64,000 nt of DNA from positions 1,312,001 through 1,376,000 of the forward strand of contig CBDCTJ010000007.1 in NCBI GenBank assembly GCA_965222115.1, given 5' to 3'. The notes under the pieces were generated by a model. It was not told the DNA's origin. It saw nothing but the letters and a program-made list of their open reading frames with translations, and made no database searches. The position numbers and the translations under genes are program-made. Each line of letters starts with the position of its first letter. Position 1 is the first letter of the stretch. The DNA is from Planctomycetota bacterium (GTDB taxonomy: Bacteria > Planctomycetota > PLA2 > JAEUHO01). Shown here piece after piece: positions 60,150 to 64,000 of this stretch.

Positions 60150-60560
60150 TTGATGTCCGAACTTCGCAAAAGCGAACACGCAGATGGGCACAATCGCAAG
60201 GAGATTCCGGAGCGCCACAAGATCCCAAGTAGGCGCCCGATGCCACGGGCGAGCTTGGCGAAATTGGTGGTGTATACTGGACCGCGTTGTGAGTCGATTG
60301 CCCCGGTATGCGCCCGGGCCGGTATCGGCATCACAGTGACGCGATTCATTTCAACCTTGTTTCCCCTGTTTCGAATTTCAGAATCGACGATTCAATCTGC
60401 CAACCCGTAGTTTGCGGTGCCCTGCTGAGATAGGACGGTACCGCAAACTCAACCCATATGGACTCAATCCAATTGGCCGCAGCCGTTTGTGAGGCGTCGG
60501 GCCGTGATCGTCGAATACTGAAATTGCGAGTTCCCACATCATCATTAGGAGTGCCAAAGC

Positions 60561-61166
60561 ATGTCTGACACTGGTGACGAATCGCCTGCACCACAGCAAC
60601 GGGCCGACCAGCAACGAGCATTGATTTCCTTGTCCATCGGCGACGCAAAGTTGCGCGTGGAAGGCCCCGAGGATCTCGTGGAGCGGACCATCGCGTCGTA
60701 CCTGCCCACACTCCAGCGGCTCATCAATGAACACGGTGGCGATGAGCAAGCCGGTGACGACGCCAAGCCCGAGCGTATGCCATTGGGCATGGCCATCACC
60801 GCGGACGCAGCGACTGATAGCAACGGTGCCGCGTCCAAGTTCGACACGCCCATGGAACGGCTCAAGCACTGGTATACCGAGCAGATCGTTCATCCCGAGG
60901 GCAAACGCGGGTTCGTACAAGATCACGTATTGCTATTCACCTACTTTACGACCGACGTCTTACGCCGTGCGTCCGCAGCCACCGCCGATATTCGCCGCTG
61001 CTTTGAAACGCTCGACTTACGCGTGCCCAACATTCCCGTAATGGTCTACAACCTAAAGGCCAAAGGACAGCTTCGGCCCGCGGAGCAATATGCCTCCTAC
61101 CACTTGACCGACGCGGGCCGTGGCTACATCGAGGATCGCTTCAGCCTCGTTCGAAAGATCCACTAG
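60561..61166 (+). CDS. Hypothetical protein with possible C-terminal winged-helix domain
   Basis: AGGAG RBS; NLKAKGQL...YHLTDAGRGYIE wing-like pattern. Confidence 0.6.
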   Translation: MSDTGDESPAPQQRADQQRALISLSIGDAKLRVEGPEDLVERTIASYLPTLQRLINEHGGDEQAGDDAKPERMPLGMAITADAATDSNGAASKFDTPMERLKHWYTEQIVHPEGKRGFVQDHVLLFTYFTTDVLRRASAATADIRRCFETLDLRVPNIPVMVYNLKAKGQLRPAEQYASYHLTDAGRGYIEDRFSLVRKIH

Positions 61167-61194
61167 CGCCCCACGCGTCACACGGATCACGCAC

Positions 61195-61476
61195 TCAAAC
61201 GATGTCCAACTCGTGCTCAATGAGTAGGGCTTCGGGATGCATGCGAAGCCCATCGAGAATCGTCGTGACGATGTCGCGTGCGTGCGAATAGTCACCACTC
61301 ACCGACGAAAAGCCGAGTTCGGCGATCTTGTGAACGTCATTCTCACCAACTTCGGCAGCGGCCACCCGGTACCGGCTGCGCGCGCGATCAAGAATCGAAC
61401 GCACGACTTGGCGCTTGTCCTTGAGCGAGCGCGCGTTGGGAATATGAAGGCGGACGAATAGGCAACCGACGTGCAT
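61195..61476 (-). CDS. DUF503 (YlxP-like) protein
   Basis: MHVG...ARSLKDKRQVVRS...VAAAEVG. Confidence 0.9.
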   Translation of the reverse strand: MHVGCLFVRLHIPNARSLKDKRQVVRSILDRARSRYRVAAAEVGENDVHKIAELGFSSVSGDYSHARDIVTTILDGLRMHPEALLIEHELDIV

Positions 61477-61536
61477 GGAAGCGATCGTAGCGCAGTACGT
61501 TGCCATTCTGCGAATCCTCTCGCTACACTTCCACCC

Positions 61537-62436
61537 ATGTCGTATTCACTCGACGACAAACTTGTCGTGGGCGTTTCCACGCGCGCGCTCTTCAACCTGG
61601 ATGCAGCGCATCGGGTCTTTGAGGAACAGGGCGTGGAGGCCTACACCGACTACCAGGTCAAGCACGCGCGCGTGCCGTTGGAGCCCGGGACCGGATTTTC
61701 ACTGGTCAAAGGCCTGCTGCGAATCAACGAGTTGGTGGGGGAGCCCATCGTCGAGGTTGTGGTGATCTCGCGCAATAGCGCCGATACGGGCCTGCGCACG
61801 CGCCACAGCATCAAGGCGTTGGAGCTTCCTATTACACGCGCGGCATTCACCCGTGGACGACCGGTTGCCGACTACCTCGAAGCGTTTTCGTGCGATCTGT
61901 TTCTCTCCGCCAATGACGACGACGTGCGCCTCGCACTCCAAGCCGGGTTCGCTGCCGGCAAGATTCTGCCCGTGTCATCCGATGCACCCCTGGCACCGGA
62001 AGAAGAAGTGCGTATCGCGTTCGATGGCGATGCCGTACTGTTTTCGGCGGCCAGTGAGGAGATCTTTCAGCGCGAGGGACTTGACGCATTCCAGGCCCAT
62101 GAGGAAGCCAAGAGCGACGTGCCGATGGAAGCCGGGCCGTTCATGGGGTTCCTGGTTGCCTTGTGTGCGATCCAAGCGCGTTTCGATCCCGAGGCCTGCC
62201 CCATTCGTACATGCCTCATCACGGCGCGCGATGCCGTCAGTCATGAACGCGTGGTCAATACATTGCGCGCTCTTGGCGTTCGAATTGATGAGTACTTCTT
62301 CTTAGGCGGCGTGAAAAAGGCGCCCATCGTCAAAGCCTTTCGCCCGCACATCTTTTTCGACGACCAACTGGTCCACGCCAAGCCCGCCTCCGAAGTCGCC
62401 CCGTCGGCGCAAGTGCCGAGAAGTGGCGAAGCGTAG
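61537..62436 (+). CDS. 5'-nucleotidase (cN-I-like family)
   Basis: LVVGVSTRALF, IAFDGDAVLF, LITAR, PHIFFDDQ. Confidence 0.92.
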   Translation: MSYSLDDKLVVGVSTRALFNLDAAHRVFEEQGVEAYTDYQVKHARVPLEPGTGFSLVKGLLRINELVGEPIVEVVVISRNSADTGLRTRHSIKALELPITRAAFTRGRPVADYLEAFSCDLFLSANDDDVRLALQAGFAAGKILPVSSDAPLAPEEEVRIAFDGDAVLFSAASEEIFQREGLDAFQAHEEAKSDVPMEAGPFMGFLVALCAIQARFDPEACPIRTCLITARDAVSHERVVNTLRALGVRIDEYFFLGGVKKAPIVKAFRPHIFFDDQLVHAKPASEVAPSAQVPRSGEA

Positions 62437-62496
62437 GGTCGTGCCACTTGGCGGGTGCGTTTGTGGTTGGTTGTTGTGCGCTCTTTGGAGTTAAGA

Positions 62497-62554
62497 GGCT
62501 CTCACCAAGGGCACCAAGGGCACCAAGGGCACCAAGGGCACCAAGTTCACCAAG
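62497..62554 (+). repeat. 9-bp tandem repeat CACCAAG(GG) x6
   Basis: Units start at 62503, 62512, 62521, 62530, 62539, 62548. Confidence 0.95.
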
Positions 62555-63037
62555 AGCGGCTGGAGGATGTGAGATTTCCGGCATTGCGTTGGTGCCTGTG
62601 GCGGGACGAGAAGAAGAGCGCGCGCAGAGGCGCAGAGCGCAAGCGTCGATGAACGCGAATCGTGTGAATGAGGAACGATTCGCAAGCACGTCGTTTAAAA
62701 AATGGGCACACGAAGACACTAAGACTCTAAGGCGCAAGCGTTGGGGAACGCGTCTTGGCGGGGCGCGTACCTTCCGTGGCGGGACGTGGAATGACGAATG
62801 GGCTCTCACCAAGCGCTGCTCGTGAGTTGGGAGTTGCGTTCAATGGAGCGGTAAATTGCGCATGGCTCCGAGGGAGACACAGTTGATAGCGAAGGGTGAG
62901 CGAAGCGAACCCTGTGATAGCGGCGCTACACCCTGGGTTCATTCCCCCTCATAAGATCTCGCCCTGAATGGGCGGCAGAATGTTGCCTCGCCCACAACGT
63001 TCCCAGTTGTACCTCATCTCGCATGTAGCCTATTCTC

Positions 63038-63430
63038 ATGACCCTGTGGATGCCCATTCTGGCGGTCTTTGCATATGCGATACCCACACTCGTGGCGTTC
63101 GCCGTGGTTGCCTTTGTGTGGATCAGCGCGCGACACGATCTCCACCCCAAGCGATTCAAGATCAGCGTCCGGCCGCATAAGCCCAAAAGGGCACCCAAGC
63201 GTGAGGAGGTTGTTTCATATGGCGCAAACACGAATAAGGGTTCGGAGGGAATCCGTCTCACACGCCGACGCTTTACCTTCACGCGGCCTGACAACCCGAA
63301 ATGGAGCTATGTCTTTGCGTTCGTCGTTGCGGTCATTTGGTTTGGCATGTTCGGGTGGCCAGGCGCACTTTACGCGTCGATTGCACTTTTCGGAGGTATC
63401 TACCTAGTCACAAAGATCCCCTCGAGATAA
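63038..63430 (+). CDS. Small membrane protein
   Basis: One N-terminal and two C-terminal hydrophobic helices around a basic loop. Confidence 0.6.
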   Translation: MTLWMPILAVFAYAIPTLVAFAVVAFVWISARHDLHPKRFKISVRPHKPKRAPKREEVVSYGANTNKGSEGIRLTRRRFTFTRPDNPKWSYVFAFVVAVIWFGMFGWPGALYASIALFGGIYLVTKIPSR

Positions 63431-63438
63431 GACGCCTC

Positions 63439-63999
63439 CTACCCCAACGCCTCCTTGATTCTTTCCGCCACGCGCAACGCGTTTGCATAAATCGTAAATG
63501 TGAATGGCCCGCGACCACCCGATGGCATGAAGCTGCCGTCGGTCACGTAGAGATTCTCAACGTCATGGGCGCGGCAGTCGCGGTTGAGTACCGAAGTCTT
63601 CGGGTCGTCGCCGAATCGACAGGTTCCGCCGACGAGGTTGCTGCTGGGTCCGCCGGGATTGGCGGTGTAGCGGATGTGCTTGGCACCGAGGGCTTCGAGA
63701 ATGCGTTTGCCGCGAGCTACGAGGAGCTTTGCGGTGGTGATGCCTTGCGGGTGATTGAATGATGTGACGTGTGCCACGGGGATTTTGAATCGATCCCTGA
63801 GGTACGTGCCCTTGGGGGACTTGGCGATCTTGACGTGGCAGTTGGGCGATGGGATCCACTCGCCGAAGACCTCGAAACGAATCGTGTCAATCTCATTGAA
63901 GTAGTGGTTGAGCTTGTCCTTGAGCGCTTGACCCCAGATGGGAAAACGCGTGCGATCCCATAGCGCTTGACGAACGGCCGCGGTAATGGGATTGGGATG
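63439..63999 (-). CDS. GMC-family oxidoreductase, C-terminal part (5' end outside window)
   Basis: Frame open to window end; GTCRFGDDP..SVL...CRAHDVENLYVTDGSFMP, TIYANALR. Confidence 0.88.
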   Translation of the reverse strand, partial: HPNPITAAVRQALWDRTRFPIWGQALKDKLNHYFNEIDTIRFEVFGEWIPSPNCHVKIAKSPKGTYLRDRFKIPVAHVTSFNHPQGITTAKLLVARGKRILEALGAKHIRYTANPGGPSSNLVGGTCRFGDDPKTSVLNRDCRAHDVENLYVTDGSFMPSGGRGPFTFTIYANALRVAERIKEALG

Positions 64000-64000
64000 C

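Noticed and set aside
60400-60500. c-di-GMP riboswitch
   Set aside because: Contains GCAAAC but within a simple inverted repeat; GEMM two-hairpin consensus is absent
62448-62825. ORFs with PRA/HQG repeats, and the 39917-40228 ORF
   Set aside because: Translations of intergenic repeats, no coding signal

Overview
About 60% GC bacterial chromosome segment, most likely an uncultured Planctomycetota (inferred from an ECF sigma factor fused to a membrane-anchored extension, several carboxypeptidase-regulatory-like surface proteins, four prenyltransferase/squalene-oxidase-repeat barrel proteins, HEAT/VWA proteins and an FGE-domain Ser/Thr kinase). Housekeeping genes (typA, prfB with +1 frameshift, purH, rnc, mfd, rpsT, def, ribF, tRNA-Pro, tRNA-Phe) alternate with accessory patches. 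The most notable unexplained structure is a family of imperfect-palindromic intergenic repeats (CTCACGCAGAGGCGC... type). Three same-orientation copies bracket and subdivide a 6.7-kb block of large accessory genes, and related copies bracket a ParDE toxin-antitoxin module, giving a cassette-like layout with no recombinase in the window. Other highlights: a TonB-like-anchored (alpha/alpha)-barrel protein with a near-duplicate fused to an ExbD-like lipoprotein domain; an RNase III with a ~260-aa charged disordered tail and a repeated FGAGI motif; a simplified SAM-I-family riboswitch ahead of metB and an ACT-less aspartokinase-homoserine dehydrogenase; a strong in-frame internal start inside the ECF fusion. 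All family calls are by eye from motifs; no searches were run.
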